Virus record (IMG/VR): IMGVR_UViG_3300008110_010000
Location: 1-64,000 of that record
DNA length: 64,000 nucleotides
Reading direction: 5' to 3' (one strand)
A program made the position numbers and the translations under genes. Below the pieces are notes generated by a model that saw nothing but the letters and a program-made list of their open reading frames with translations, did no database searches and was not told the DNA's origin. Of this stretch, positions 19,483 to 30,115 are shown in pieces (positions within the stretch are counted from its first letter, which is position 1; each line of letters starts with the position of its first letter).

Positions 19483-21376
19483 CTAGAATTTCTATAGATT
19501 TGAACCATAACATTTTACCAAATTTTCCATCGTGTAATGGAGACATATTTAGAAATATCAGGCCTGTTATAAATTTAATCTTATCGAGATCGAATCCGTT
19601 TTTCCTGATCCATCCCTCATATTCAGATCTAAACTTAATTAGATTCTTTGAGATATGATATTCATATTTAATAGAATAAGATCCTTCAAAGTATGTGATA
19701 TTACTGTCATCTTTCATTAAATTGTATGGGATTATTAATCCGCCATAAAACTTAGAAAGATCGTAATAAATGTCTCCAGATTCTACATTTTCTCCAAAGC
19801 AGTCTCTCCAGTCTATGTAATAGTATTCGCCATCTTCCGATAATATCATATTATCAAAGTGGAGATCACCATGAAAATTAGAATAGAAAGGATTCTCGTA
19901 AAGACAGTCAAATATTTTTTCATCAGATAATATAAGATCCAAAGATGGTCTTTTAATTTCGTTTATTTCATGATCAGAAACAAAATAACTTTCTCCATAT
20001 TTAGCAAGAAATGATTCTAGTCTTTTATGGGTTTTGTCGACATAAAACTTTTTAAGATCTTCTATGTTTGCAGGGATTGTCTCCTTGGTGAGGAATTCCA
20101 GCTTTGTCAAAAACCTACTAAAATCCCCCAGTTCCCCGCGATCGTATAAAGTTTTACCTTCTATCCAATCGTAATAAAGAAAATTCCCAGCAACATTGAA
20201 ATTTGGGGGAACCAAGCCTCTTAAAATTTCTCCTCTAATTTTCCTTCTTTCTAGCAGATCTCTATCTTGTGTAAACTTTAAAAATTTACCCCCGTCCTTA
20301 TAGGTTATTTCTCCTATGTCTTTTTTCAAAGATAGCGGTTTATCATTAAAGTACTGTCTAGCTTTATCTAGATCGTCTAGATTTCCGGTATCTAGCCATT
20401 TTAACTTTTTTGCCTTTAGACTTGTATAGACTTGAGGTGATTCAAATGCAGAAACTAATTCACCGCTTTTAATATTTTCTTTAAGCTCTTTCCAGAAAGT
20501 GGAGTAATCTGATATTCCTCCGAAACCAACAAATGCTAGATCGTATCCGTCAGTACTTTTGTTAACGAAAGATGTTATATTTTCTTTATCGTCCATCTTC
20601 ACCGTGGAGTATTTTTCTGGATATGATGTTGAATGAACCCCTAACCAGTTACCGTTTATTCCAGGGATCGGAGAATCTATGATACAATCTCCCATTATAA
20701 AATAAAAAGGTCTTTGAAGATGCTCGGAGCACAACAGAGCGCTTGTACCTGGCCCAGTTTGCGAAGGATCATAATTCTCGACATTTACGAATGTAAATTT
20801 GTGATCTGGATAAACTAGATTACAATACTCTTTGACGGAATCTCCCTTGTATCCAATAGCTATGATAAAGTCATATTCCTTAGGGAATTTTTCTATTATG
20901 TAGGATATGATAGCCCGATTGTTTACCGGCAATAAAGTTTTATTTATGTTGTCTGTTAATTTTTTTAGACGGCTACCTAAGCCTGCACATAATATTAAAA
21001 CCGCGGGAGTTTTATGCTCGCTTTCGATCTTTCCATCAGGTCTATTTGTATCATCCTCCACTCGTATTACATCGTCGACCTCCGGGGTAGAAACTTCTTG
21101 CATTATCAGGTCGGTCAAAGCAATTACCCTGTGTTTTTTAGGAGGAATTACGTTATAGTATTGACCTGGGCCGTACACCTCCTTAACAATTTCACCTTGA
21201 TCATTCTCCAGCCAAATTTCTGCTTGTCCCGATATGATATAGTTAGTTTCTTTTTTAAAGTTGTGATACTGTAAAGATGTTTTATATCCCTCGTTTATAT
21301 AGATTCTTTTATAACAATAAGAATCATTAAGTTCTATCCATTCTTCTTTACCCCACGGTTTATAAATTGTTTTCAT
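19445..21376 (-). CDS. Cupin + nucleotidyltransferase + choline/aminoglycoside-kinase-like fusion
   Basis: KPWG..SLQYH..K.ET (cupin); LCAGLGSRL (NTP transferase); FHGDLHFDN..IDWR (kinase). Confidence 0.8.
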   Translation of the reverse strand: MKTIYKPWGKEEWIELNDSYCYKRIYINEGYKTSLQYHNFKKETNYIISGQAEIWLENDQGEIVKEVYGPGQYYNVIPPKKHRVIALTDLIMQEVSTPEVDDVIRVEDDTNRPDGKIESEHKTPAVLILCAGLGSRLKKLTDNINKTLLPVNNRAIISYIIEKFPKEYDFIIAIGYKGDSVKEYCNLVYPDHKFTFVNVENYDPSQTGPGTSALLCSEHLQRPFYFIMGDCIIDSPIPGINGNWLGVHSTSYPEKYSTVKMDDKENITSFVNKSTDGYDLAFVGFGGISDYSTFWKELKENIKSGELVSAFESPQVYTSLKAKKLKWLDTGNLDDLDKARQYFNDKPLSLKKDIGEITYKDGGKFLKFTQDRDLLERRKIRGEILRGLVPPNFNVAGNFLYYDWIEGKTLYDRGELGDFSRFLTKLEFLTKETIPANIEDLKKFYVDKTHKRLESFLAKYGESYFVSDHEINEIKRPSLDLILSDEKIFDCLYENPFYSNFHGDLHFDNMILSEDGEYYYIDWRDCFGENVESGDIYYDLSKFYGGLIIPYNLMKDDSNITYFEGSYSIKYEYHISKNLIKFRSEYEGWIRKNGFDLDKIKFITGLIFLNMSPLHDGKFGKMLWFKSIEILDDYKKHTMGLRM

Positions 21377-22091
21377 GATATTGATCTTGATTATTTCCCC
21401 AATCCATCGTTTTTTGGAATATCGTATTTATAGATATCTCTTCTTTATTTAACTGTCTAGAGTTAGCCCTTACAGTAACGACAGATGTTCTTGGAATTTT
21501 TTTAATTTTTATTTCACTTAGTAAAATGTGTTTGGCTAAGTGATGATGCATGGAGCCGTTACATTCGTTTCCGTCTAATCTTTCCGGTATATTATCAATT
21601 AATTTTTCGATTAGATCATATTTACCAAAGAAAAAAATATCCTGTATGAATAATTCTTCCCCGTTATTTCTAATCTCTTCTAACCCGTATACAGATCCCT
21701 CTCTTAAATCCTCATCCGAATTTATATTCTCAAAATCGAAATTAAAATCAAAATAATTATCAGGTCTTGTTAGCATGATATAATCATATTTTATACCGCT
21801 TTTTTTGATCATTTTAAGCCCGGATTTCCAGTGGAATATCATCTTTTCTGGATTGGTTAATTCAGAAAACACATCATCTAATATTAAAACATTTGCGTCT
21901 TTAATATGATCTAATATTCTTTTTTCTGTGACTTCCTCGTCGATTATGATGTCTAGTTTTTTATTTTTTTGCTTGGATCTAGACCATGTTGAAAAATAAA
22001 CCTCGCAATCAAACTTGCTTAAAAAATTCCAAGAAGTAACAGCAATATCAAATTCCCTATACATCCCATAAACCAAAATTGCAATTTTCAT
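21360..22091 (-). CDS. Putative glycosyltransferase-like protein
   Basis: MKIAILVYGMYREF, YFSTW, YDYIMLTRPD, QDIFFFG; paralogue of the 22744-24525 domains. Confidence 0.5.
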   Translation of the reverse strand: MKIAILVYGMYREFDIAVTSWNFLSKFDCEVYFSTWSRSKQKNKKLDIIIDEEVTEKRILDHIKDANVLILDDVFSELTNPEKMIFHWKSGLKMIKKSGIKYDYIMLTRPDNYFDFNFDFENINSDEDLREGSVYGLEEIRNNGEELFIQDIFFFGKYDLIEKLIDNIPERLDGNECNGSMHHHLAKHILLSEIKIKKIPRTSVVTVRANSRQLNKEEISINTIFQKTMDWGNNQDQYHENNL

Positions 22092-22747
22092 ATGATTTTT
22101 ACCTTTGATTTTATTTCATTTTCTATGTATTGGCAAAAATCCCTATGACCCTTGAATGACCAGTGATGGTTTACTATTTCTCCCTTTGTTGCATTGACTA
22201 TTAATTCAAATTTTTCCCAGAGACTTTCTACATCCCAGATATAGCAGAGATTTACTCCTCTATCTTTTAGTAGTCTTTCTCTCAAAAAATTCAGTCTAAA
22301 ATCGTGTCTGATAGAATAAGCTTTCTGTGTTGCAAATTCTATTGAAAACATTTTTATGGTCTCTATCTGCTCGTTGGTAAATAATCCAACGGTTGCATCT
22401 TCAAACCATTTTTGTACGTCTTTTTCCCCTCCCCTATAAACTATAGATTTGACTTCCGGTGAATCATTTTCTTTCGGAAAGTCAAATCTGTGTGACCAGG
22501 TTTTACCTATTATTACTATATCGTCCTTAGAAATATCCTCCCAGTTTTTTATTATAGTATCAATAATAGTATCGTTAGACACCCCAGGTAAACCTTTATT
22601 TTGTAGAGCATAGTTTATTTTTCTGGATAATAATTTATTCCAAGAAAGGTCATCATCTTTTAACCTATATCTTTGATAATATAGATCATGATCTAATGTG
22701 CCGTCTCCGTATGTAAAAGAACATCCAAATGTCCAGATTTTATTCAT
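22088..22747 (-). CDS. SGNH hydrolase-like protein
   Basis: IWTFGCSFTYG, NKGLPGVSN, NHHWSFKGH. Confidence 0.65.
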   Translation of the reverse strand: MNKIWTFGCSFTYGDGTLDHDLYYQRYRLKDDDLSWNKLLSRKINYALQNKGLPGVSNDTIIDTIIKNWEDISKDDIVIIGKTWSHRFDFPKENDSPEVKSIVYRGGEKDVQKWFEDATVGLFTNEQIETIKMFSIEFATQKAYSIRHDFRLNFLRERLLKDRGVNLCYIWDVESLWEKFELIVNATKGEIVNHHWSFKGHRDFCQYIENEIKSKVKII

Positions 22748-24525
22748 ATTAATATTTTATCTATGACCTCTGTTTCACCTCCGGGGAACACCGCTATATC
22801 TTCGAACAGAACCTCATTGTCCCCAAGTCCCCCTAATTTTAATTGTTTTTTGAGAGTTATAAAATTCCTAAATTTGCATATCTGAAAATTAAGAGGGGTA
22901 GTTTGATTCTTTACTCCAATCTCTTTTAAATAGTGATAAAAAACTAACTCAGGTATCAGGTGGTTTCTGCTTTCTTCAAACGTTCTAATGTCTATACTTG
23001 GTAGGTGCCTATAAAAATCGCAAATTTTATCGAACGTTAAAGAATCTGAAAACCAAAACACATCACCAATTGCAAAATGAGGGTAAACATCAATTTTTCT
23101 ATTATGTATAGAAAATATAGTATTTGGTTTAACAGTTGATAAAATTTCGATTAAATCAAAAACCTGTCCCCATGGAACATATTGATCGTACCGTAATCTG
23201 ATACAAACATCATATTCGAAATTATTTTCTATCTCGTATTGTCTTTTCAATTCGCACGATCTCATCACTGCATAAAACTGGTTTGCACACCAAGTAATGG
23301 GCGGACCTTCATTTTCTGGATATCTCTCCTCTGCAATGTCAATAACATCCTGGTTTACTCTTTGATTTTTTTCAAAATCCTCAATTAGATATTTTTTCGG
23401 TTTGTATATTTTAATTATTTCATTTAATTTATCATCGTCGTACGGAGTTACTCTATTATTGGCGGTTACATCCAATATTGGTCTGGATTCGCTTTCAAAA
23501 TTCCAAGCATGGCAGAAAAAGTCGACAGTGCTATTAGGATCACTTTCAACTTTATTTTTTAGCTTTATTATGTTGTGGTAGCATTTTTCATAAGTTCTGA
23601 ATTGACCACTTAAGCAGATAGCAATTTTCATAGTTCTTAATTTTTTTAACACATTGGGTGAAAACCCGGTCTTTTCAAAAATTTCTTTTTTGAATTTCAA
23701 AAGTAGATTGTATCCGATGTGTTTGACGTTTGATAATTTTTGAAACTCGTGATTATATAATATTCTATTGATTTCAACACACTCCCTAAAATTATCCACT
23801 GGATGATAACCCAGGGAGAATTCTCTAAAGATTGTCCACTTATACTCCATTTCATTTAGAAACTCTATAGATTCTATATTATTTTCCTTGAGATAATCAT
23901 CAAAAAACACGTGATAAAGATCTTTGCTTTTATCTGTTGTGATAATATAGTTATGAAACAATGAAGCCTTATCCATAACTGAGGAATTTGACATAAATAC
24001 CACATCATGCAGCATTCTGCTTGAAGGATTCTCAAATTCTGTTATTGTGTCGACTAAAAAAATACCATTTTTGATAAAAGAAATGTTGTCGTGAATTATA
24101 TTTTTTAATTTAATCGACGGATCATATATGCAATCCATTCTCATTTTTATTACAACGTCGTATTGAAAATTGTTTTCCTCTTCGTATTTCTTTTTTAAAT
24201 TAACACTTTCATACCAGCTGTACCACATCGGGGAATTTGATGTCCCCTTTTTTAGAGACAAATCGTAATAGTCCTCGTAAATATCAACCTTAGTTTTTTT
24301 TGGTTTGTATATGTTATTAATTTTTATGTAATCATTTAGTTCTACCTTCTTGATATGGGTATATTCATGTTCGGGTCTTTCGTCCCCAAAAAATCTTTTA
24401 CCGTCATTAATATCCCACGTGTGTATAAAATAGTCGGCCTCACATCCCTCAATAAAATTGAGTATGTTGATGGAAGAATCAACTGCCCTTCTTATTTGAC
24501 CACTAAAGCAAATCGCAATTTTCAT
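22744..24525 (-). CDS. Two-domain tandem putative glycosyltransferase-like protein
   Basis: MKIAICFSGQIR and MKIAICLSGQFR each start a copy; each copy has YDVxIxxRxD and DVxF. Confidence 0.55.
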   Translation of the reverse strand: MKIAICFSGQIRRAVDSSINILNFIEGCEADYFIHTWDINDGKRFFGDERPEHEYTHIKKVELNDYIKINNIYKPKKTKVDIYEDYYDLSLKKGTSNSPMWYSWYESVNLKKKYEEENNFQYDVVIKMRMDCIYDPSIKLKNIIHDNISFIKNGIFLVDTITEFENPSSRMLHDVVFMSNSSVMDKASLFHNYIITTDKSKDLYHVFFDDYLKENNIESIEFLNEMEYKWTIFREFSLGYHPVDNFRECVEINRILYNHEFQKLSNVKHIGYNLLLKFKKEIFEKTGFSPNVLKKLRTMKIAICLSGQFRTYEKCYHNIIKLKNKVESDPNSTVDFFCHAWNFESESRPILDVTANNRVTPYDDDKLNEIIKIYKPKKYLIEDFEKNQRVNQDVIDIAEERYPENEGPPITWCANQFYAVMRSCELKRQYEIENNFEYDVCIRLRYDQYVPWGQVFDLIEILSTVKPNTIFSIHNRKIDVYPHFAIGDVFWFSDSLTFDKICDFYRHLPSIDIRTFEESRNHLIPELVFYHYLKEIGVKNQTTPLNFQICKFRNFITLKKQLKLGGLGDNEVLFEDIAVFPGGETEVIDKILI

Positions 24526-25672
24526 ACTCTAATAAATAATCTCCAATGTCTAGATTTCTTATAGAATCCATCATTTTTAAAAAATTGGAAGATTTTTTTT
24601 CTAAATTCCCATCTTTTTTATTTTCTATCTCGTACATAAATCTATTTCTGTCGCCATCTCCCAATTTGTAGATTTGCTCCATTGCAAGATCCTTCAGCTT
24701 TGGGTGTAAACAAGATATGTGTAAGTAATTGGGGCTATAGACAAAATTATATTCAATTTGTTCACCGGAAAAAAACTCTCTAAAATTCCACACATTACAA
24801 ACATTCAAAACACTTATTGTCTGGGTTATAGTAATTTGTAATTTTTCTTTTTTCAGTTTTAAAAAATTATCATACACAACTTCCCATTTTGAAGGATATC
24901 TTATATAATCATTCCTATTTCCAACGTCGTCTATAGAAAGCTGTAGTTTTACCTCCCGAAATTCTCTTAACAGCTCTAAAAACCTGTCTGGTAAATTTGT
25001 ACAGTTTATGTTATATACCAGCTTTATATTTTTTGATTTGTCTAGAGAAATCAACTTCTCCAAAAAGTAAAAATGCTCCTTTATCAACGTTGGTTCTCCC
25101 CCGTTGATGTAAATTTCCTCCAATTCGCTAGAATGCTTTAATAATTCATCATACCATTCTTTGTTTTTAAACCAATCGCTTTTATAATCTTCATAGTTGT
25201 AATGATCGTCTCCGAACGTGGACGGAAATCTTTTAACATCTTCTATCCACTTGCTACTTGACATCGGGTTGCATGTTAAACACTTTATGTTACAAACATT
25301 ACCGAGTCTTAATTCGATAAACTTAAGATGTATATTTGGGAGTTTTTCGCTTATACTTATTTTATTGAGATATTTAGCATTTTCTTCATCTCTTTTACTC
25401 TTGAATCCGTTTTCTTCTATCCTGTAACAACCTATACATTCGATAGGTTTCTCATTATTCATCATCTTTCTTCTAATTTCTGTGAAAGAATCAGAATTCA
25501 TAATGTCTTCTATGCTATCCTTACCTAGGGTTAATACTCTATTTTTAGTTTTGGAGAAACAAACCCCATTTTCAAAATTAGCAATACAACAAGGTGACAC
25601 CAGCCCGTTAGGATGAGTTGCTAAATGCGTAAACGGTAACGAACATATAGTTTTTAAATTTGTGTCCACCAT
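24503..25672 (-). CDS. Radical SAM protein with twitch/SPASM-like N-terminus
   Basis: CSLPF..CC; CNIKCLTC; GGEPTL. Confidence 0.85.
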   Translation of the reverse strand: MVDTNLKTICSLPFTHLATHPNGLVSPCCIANFENGVCFSKTKNRVLTLGKDSIEDIMNSDSFTEIRRKMMNNEKPIECIGCYRIEENGFKSKRDEENAKYLNKISISEKLPNIHLKFIELRLGNVCNIKCLTCNPMSSSKWIEDVKRFPSTFGDDHYNYEDYKSDWFKNKEWYDELLKHSSELEEIYINGGEPTLIKEHFYFLEKLISLDKSKNIKLVYNINCTNLPDRFLELLREFREVKLQLSIDDVGNRNDYIRYPSKWEVVYDNFLKLKKEKLQITITQTISVLNVCNVWNFREFFSGEQIEYNFVYSPNYLHISCLHPKLKDLAMEQIYKLGDGDRNRFMYEIENKKDGNLEKKSSNFLKMMDSIRNLDIGDYLLEYENCDLL

Positions 25673-26991
25673 TCTAATAATTTTTTGTTTTGTCCTAGAA
25701 TATTCTCAAATGTTAATGATCCATTTAAACCGTCCTTTCTGAACTCTGCTATTCTTATCATGTTTTCTTTCCCTCTCTTTCTGCCCTCTTTATAATCTGG
25801 ATACGATTCTTCGAAAGTTTTTTTGGTTTTTAAATCTTCTAAAGCCTCCACATAAATTTGGGTTTTCGATGTAACCCTTGGCTTAATGTAATCTAGGGTA
25901 TCGTCTATAATTTCTTCGAGGATGGACCTAGGTATTGACAATGGAGACATAAGAACAGAGGAATCGAAAGAAAAAGTTGTTTTTATATAGGTTACTACAT
26001 TTAATTCCACTGCACGATCGAATAATTCTTTTATAGACAGTAGGCCTGGAAGAGTTATTGTAAGATCAAAAACCATTCCATGATCGCCGTATAAATCGTT
26101 TAGAAAAAGACCTCCCTTAAAATTATCTAGCCACTTTTCCCACACTATTCCAGTTCTGATAAATTCAACAATTTTTCCAGTTCCATCTATACTTGCACAC
26201 AGATTTACCCTTTTAAAATGAGGCAGAAAATCATATAGATTCATTCCTTTATATGATACCCTGCTTAAATTTGTGTTGTATCTTATTATAACATTCTTGG
26301 ATTGATTATTATCAACCAAATACTTCATGATATCCCAATGAATGTCCCACATCAATGGTTCACCACCTACCCAATATATTTCTTCTATTCTATTCTCTTT
26401 CACTGCTTCCCAAAGTTCGTTTTCAGTAACTTCTTTCTGGAATTTTTTAAATTTTTCTTGATTTTCTTTTTTATAAAATGGCTCGGTTTCTAAATTAATG
26501 TTGCCCATTATTTTTCTTTCCGCCTCCCACTGTGAACTTAACAAGTCGCCACACATTCTACATTTAAAATTACACAGATTACTTATCCGATAGTCATATG
26601 ATATTGGTTTCATGTGAGTGTAACCATCATCTTCCGTTTTTTCGAATATCTCGTCTATTTTGTGGGGAAAAAGTGTATTGGTGAAATAACCTTTGTATGT
26701 GTAAAGATTTAGAATTTGATCGTTACAAACCTGACATTGTGGAATTGACTCTCCGGACATTATTCTTTTTCTAATGTTTTTCATATAATCACTATTCCAA
26801 TGATCCTCCAGCGAAACTGGTTTAAAATGTGAGTTATCGTCAGGATTTTCAGAATCTATGTACTGTTTAATATAGTTTGCCTTTTCCCTACTTGCACAAC
26901 ATAATCTTCTTTCCCCCTGTGGGGAAAGATATGTGTGTGTCCACGGTGCTGTACAAAAAAATTCATTTCCATCCGAAGGTTTTATTCTCAT
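25654..26991 (-). CDS. Radical SAM protein with twitch/SPASM-like N-terminus
   Basis: CTAPW..LCC; CNFKCRMC; GGEPL. Confidence 0.85.
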   Translation of the reverse strand: MRIKPSDGNEFFCTAPWTHTYLSPQGERRLCCASREKANYIKQYIDSENPDDNSHFKPVSLEDHWNSDYMKNIRKRIMSGESIPQCQVCNDQILNLYTYKGYFTNTLFPHKIDEIFEKTEDDGYTHMKPISYDYRISNLCNFKCRMCGDLLSSQWEAERKIMGNINLETEPFYKKENQEKFKKFQKEVTENELWEAVKENRIEEIYWVGGEPLMWDIHWDIMKYLVDNNQSKNVIIRYNTNLSRVSYKGMNLYDFLPHFKRVNLCASIDGTGKIVEFIRTGIVWEKWLDNFKGGLFLNDLYGDHGMVFDLTITLPGLLSIKELFDRAVELNVVTYIKTTFSFDSSVLMSPLSIPRSILEEIIDDTLDYIKPRVTSKTQIYVEALEDLKTKKTFEESYPDYKEGRKRGKENMIRIAEFRKDGLNGSLTFENILGQNKKLLEWWTQI

Positions 26992-27908
26992 ATTAATCTG
27001 CTAGATTTTATTATATTCTGCGTATAGAGATCACCCCTTCCGTTTGAAATCCATTCATACAACAATTCTGCCCATAATTTGTGCGATTTGGGTGTTGGAT
27101 GTACACCATATAATCTTTCCTCCAACGGTATCTGTTTTATATAATTTAAAAATGAATTTGATGGCTTGTCTTTCATCAGAAAATTGGATTCTGGTACATG
27201 GTCCCATTTTAATTTACTCATACGGTATAGATCCTCCCCCCAAATACCTTCAACATATTTGAAAGAATCTATCCATTTCATAATATTTAAGTCTATAAAT
27301 TTTCTTTCCATTTTATAGATATGATGTTCCTCAGGTAAAGCATTGAACAAATAACATGGAATTCCGTACTTATCGCAAAACGTACGTATTTCAAAATTGT
27401 AGTTTATGAAATCGTACGCTCCTTCATAGTCATTTTGAACAACCGATAAATACCACTTAAAGAATTCCCTCATTCCATATTCCTCTTTATTGAAATCTCC
27501 GTTACTGTTTAGAGTTTTTCGGTATATTTTATTATGAGTATTGAAAAAAAATTCCTTTCTAACTATAGAGGTCCATCCAATGACTACAATGATGTCATCT
27601 GGAGTTTTATTAGGGACAATGTAGTTTTCAAGTAGCCAGTTTAAAAGTGTTTCAAAAATCCATTTGTTACCTACTGCAGGCTTGGCTAAATTTATAACCT
27701 CTTTTGCCCCTATTAATTCTTTTAAATATGTTGGCCAAATTCTTTCAATCCTATATTGATCGTTTTTTGCGTCAGTATCTTCTTCTATTATCCCGTTAAA
27801 TTTATTTATTTGGTGAGGCTTTGATGGAGCTTCCAAAAACTGTGGGTCCACAATTTCACTACCATATGTAAAGCTATCTCCGCACACAACTAATTTCATT
27901 TCACTCAT
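26988..27908 (-). CDS. SGNH hydrolase-like protein
   Basis: VCGDSFTYG, NLAKPAVGN, GVHPTPKSH. Confidence 0.7.
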   Translation of the reverse strand: MSEMKLVVCGDSFTYGSEIVDPQFLEAPSKPHQINKFNGIIEEDTDAKNDQYRIERIWPTYLKELIGAKEVINLAKPAVGNKWIFETLLNWLLENYIVPNKTPDDIIVVIGWTSIVRKEFFFNTHNKIYRKTLNSNGDFNKEEYGMREFFKWYLSVVQNDYEGAYDFINYNFEIRTFCDKYGIPCYLFNALPEEHHIYKMERKFIDLNIMKWIDSFKYVEGIWGEDLYRMSKLKWDHVPESNFLMKDKPSNSFLNYIKQIPLEERLYGVHPTPKSHKLWAELLYEWISNGRGDLYTQNIIKSSRLI

Positions 27909-29460
27909 CTTTAATATATTTTAGCATTTCATCCTGGATATCGGGTTCGATGTAATCCTGAGATCCTGGATTGCTATTTTGAGGATCTAATACCCATCCC
28001 TCTTTTTTTGCGGTTTCTATCACATCGTCGACATATTTATTAGATTTAGCATCGTCACCATCAACCATTCCTATTTCAAGGGGCTCTATTTTTGTTTCAG
28101 GTATCGAATCGAACCATTCTGATAACATCGGGAATGATTCTTTAAAATTCCTATTTCTTCTTATGTCATATTGAATATAAAAAGATTTAAAATCTCTTTC
28201 TCTAGATTCAATAGATGATGTAAATCTATGCCCAGTTTCAACTTCTCTTATGTAAGCAATCATTCTGATTATTCCATCTCTCTCAATATCTAGTAAATCA
28301 GAAATATTCTTACTTAGCCATCCCTCTATATGATTTGCTCGTTCAATTCTTATGTCTTGCGGTAGTGTAACTATAGACTGAAAGCTTGGAAACCTTAATA
28401 TATTAAAAGAACAAATCGGGAAATGCTTGCCAAATTTTTTCTTCATTTTAATTACCTCATCCATAAATTCAGTAAGACTAAACAGACACAAAGAATTTAT
28501 AGTCATCATTACGTTTAGGGATGCCAATTTACCTTCTTCACAAACCCTGTACATATTTTTAAGCCATTTTTCCCAGATTAATCCATATCTGATATACTCA
28601 GCTTGCTTCCCTGTTGCTTCGCATGATGTGTAGAGATGAAACGTTTTAAAGCTGTGTGTCGACTTAATAAGTTCTTCCAAGAGTTCGTCTTTCTGTCCTA
28701 GATTGGAGTTAACTGCAAATTCCACACTACAATCCTTATTGGTTTCCCACCATTTCATCAGTTTCCAGAAATCTTGAGACATTGTTGGTTCACCTCCTGT
28801 TACTCTCAATTCTCTTAAAGAATATTGAAGCTCTCCCTCCCACCATTTCCAAAATGCTTCGATGTATGGATTTCCGATATTTTTTTTACCGTATGGGAGA
28901 GAGTGCGAACCATCATGCTGGAAAGCAGCTGCACCATCACTTACTAAATTCTGATATGGGCCGAACTTTTTTATATCATTTTGCCAGGTTGTAGAAAATG
29001 AAGAATTGCAGTAAGAGCATGCAAAGTTACAATTGGGATCGAATGCAATTTCTAATGTTTTTAGATCCACGTCTTGCTGCCATCCGAGTTTGTTCTTGGC
29101 ATCTTTTAGTTCTTCATCGGTGTAAATAACAGATTTATAAACCCGATCAGAAACTTTGTCGCTTCCCATGTCCTCTATTTTCCAGCAATACTCGCATTCT
29201 TTAGGTCTTTCTCCCTCCAGCATTTGTTTTCTGACCAATTTTTTATAGCTAGTGTTGTGTATTGCTTTATAACTTTGCGCAACTTCTGCGAGGGGTATTT
29301 TATGAGCTGGGGGGTGATGGCAACTAGCTGTAGTTCCGTTTCCTAACCAGATTGTTGCGTTATACCATTTAGCACCACAGAAGGAAGGGGAAACAGAGTT
29401 TATCGCTCTGTCCCTATATTCTTGGTAGCTCTCCTCTCCTTTTTTTGCAAATATTCCCAT
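27901..29460 (-). CDS. Radical SAM protein with twitch-like N-terminus
   Basis: FCGAKW..SCHH; CNFACSYC; TGGEP. Confidence 0.85.
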   Translation of the reverse strand: MGIFAKKGEESYQEYRDRAINSVSPSFCGAKWYNATIWLGNGTTASCHHPPAHKIPLAEVAQSYKAIHNTSYKKLVRKQMLEGERPKECEYCWKIEDMGSDKVSDRVYKSVIYTDEELKDAKNKLGWQQDVDLKTLEIAFDPNCNFACSYCNSSFSTTWQNDIKKFGPYQNLVSDGAAAFQHDGSHSLPYGKKNIGNPYIEAFWKWWEGELQYSLRELRVTGGEPTMSQDFWKLMKWWETNKDCSVEFAVNSNLGQKDELLEELIKSTHSFKTFHLYTSCEATGKQAEYIRYGLIWEKWLKNMYRVCEEGKLASLNVMMTINSLCLFSLTEFMDEVIKMKKKFGKHFPICSFNILRFPSFQSIVTLPQDIRIERANHIEGWLSKNISDLLDIERDGIIRMIAYIREVETGHRFTSSIESRERDFKSFYIQYDIRRNRNFKESFPMLSEWFDSIPETKIEPLEIGMVDGDDAKSNKYVDDVIETAKKEGWVLDPQNSNPGSQDYIEPDIQDEMLKYIKDE

Positions 29461-29461
29461 G

Positions 29462-30115
29462 TTAAATTATTTTGGCGCTAGGCGCTATTTTATTGAATTC
29501 GTTGATCGAATGGCTAGAGTATTCTGGATCTTCAAATATAATTCCATGATTTCCGTTCCCACTTTTATCGAATGTTTTAAATTTTGAATTTCTTTCAAAA
29601 TCAAAAAACGAGTACAGCTTTTTTGATTTCTCGTCAAAGGAATCGACGATTTCATCGAAAACTGCAATTTTATAAATATCCCCTTTGAACCAGCATTCAT
29701 AAGATCCACTGTATGGATTTATAGATCCTATAAAAATATTCTTGTCTGAATAAGATTCAATTGGACCGGTTTCTTTTTCACCTTTTAAAATTCCATCGAT
29801 GTATATTTTAACAGAATCTGAAACTGTCACCATGACTTCCATTCTTTTATGTATATCATCAACAGGTATCCAGATATCGTTATATTGATAGGGTTTAGTG
29901 TACCAAGAGAATTTAACACCATTTGGTTTCTGTAAAAATATTCCCATATGGTATCCTATCCTTCCTACAATCAACGACTCATCCTCTGCAAACTCAGAGA
30001 GTTGAAAATCCCCATAAAGAGAAAAATTCCCCTCCAGATTTTCAAAATTCTTTGTGTTCGTATTATTTTTAGAATTGTTTGGGATGTAATATGCTTTCTT
30101 TTCGAATCTCATCAA
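29462..30115 (-). CDS. LamG/concanavalin A-like domain protein
   Basis: IYIDG, IFIGS, FKGDIYKIAVFD, DKSGNGNHG. Confidence 0.7.
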   Translation of the reverse strand: MMRFEKKAYYIPNNSKNNTNTKNFENLEGNFSLYGDFQLSEFAEDESLIVGRIGYHMGIFLQKPNGVKFSWYTKPYQYNDIWIPVDDIHKRMEVMVTVSDSVKIYIDGILKGEKETGPIESYSDKNIFIGSINPYSGSYECWFKGDIYKIAVFDEIVDSFDEKSKKLYSFFDFERNSKFKTFDKSGNGNHGIIFEDPEYSSHSINEFNKIAPSAKII

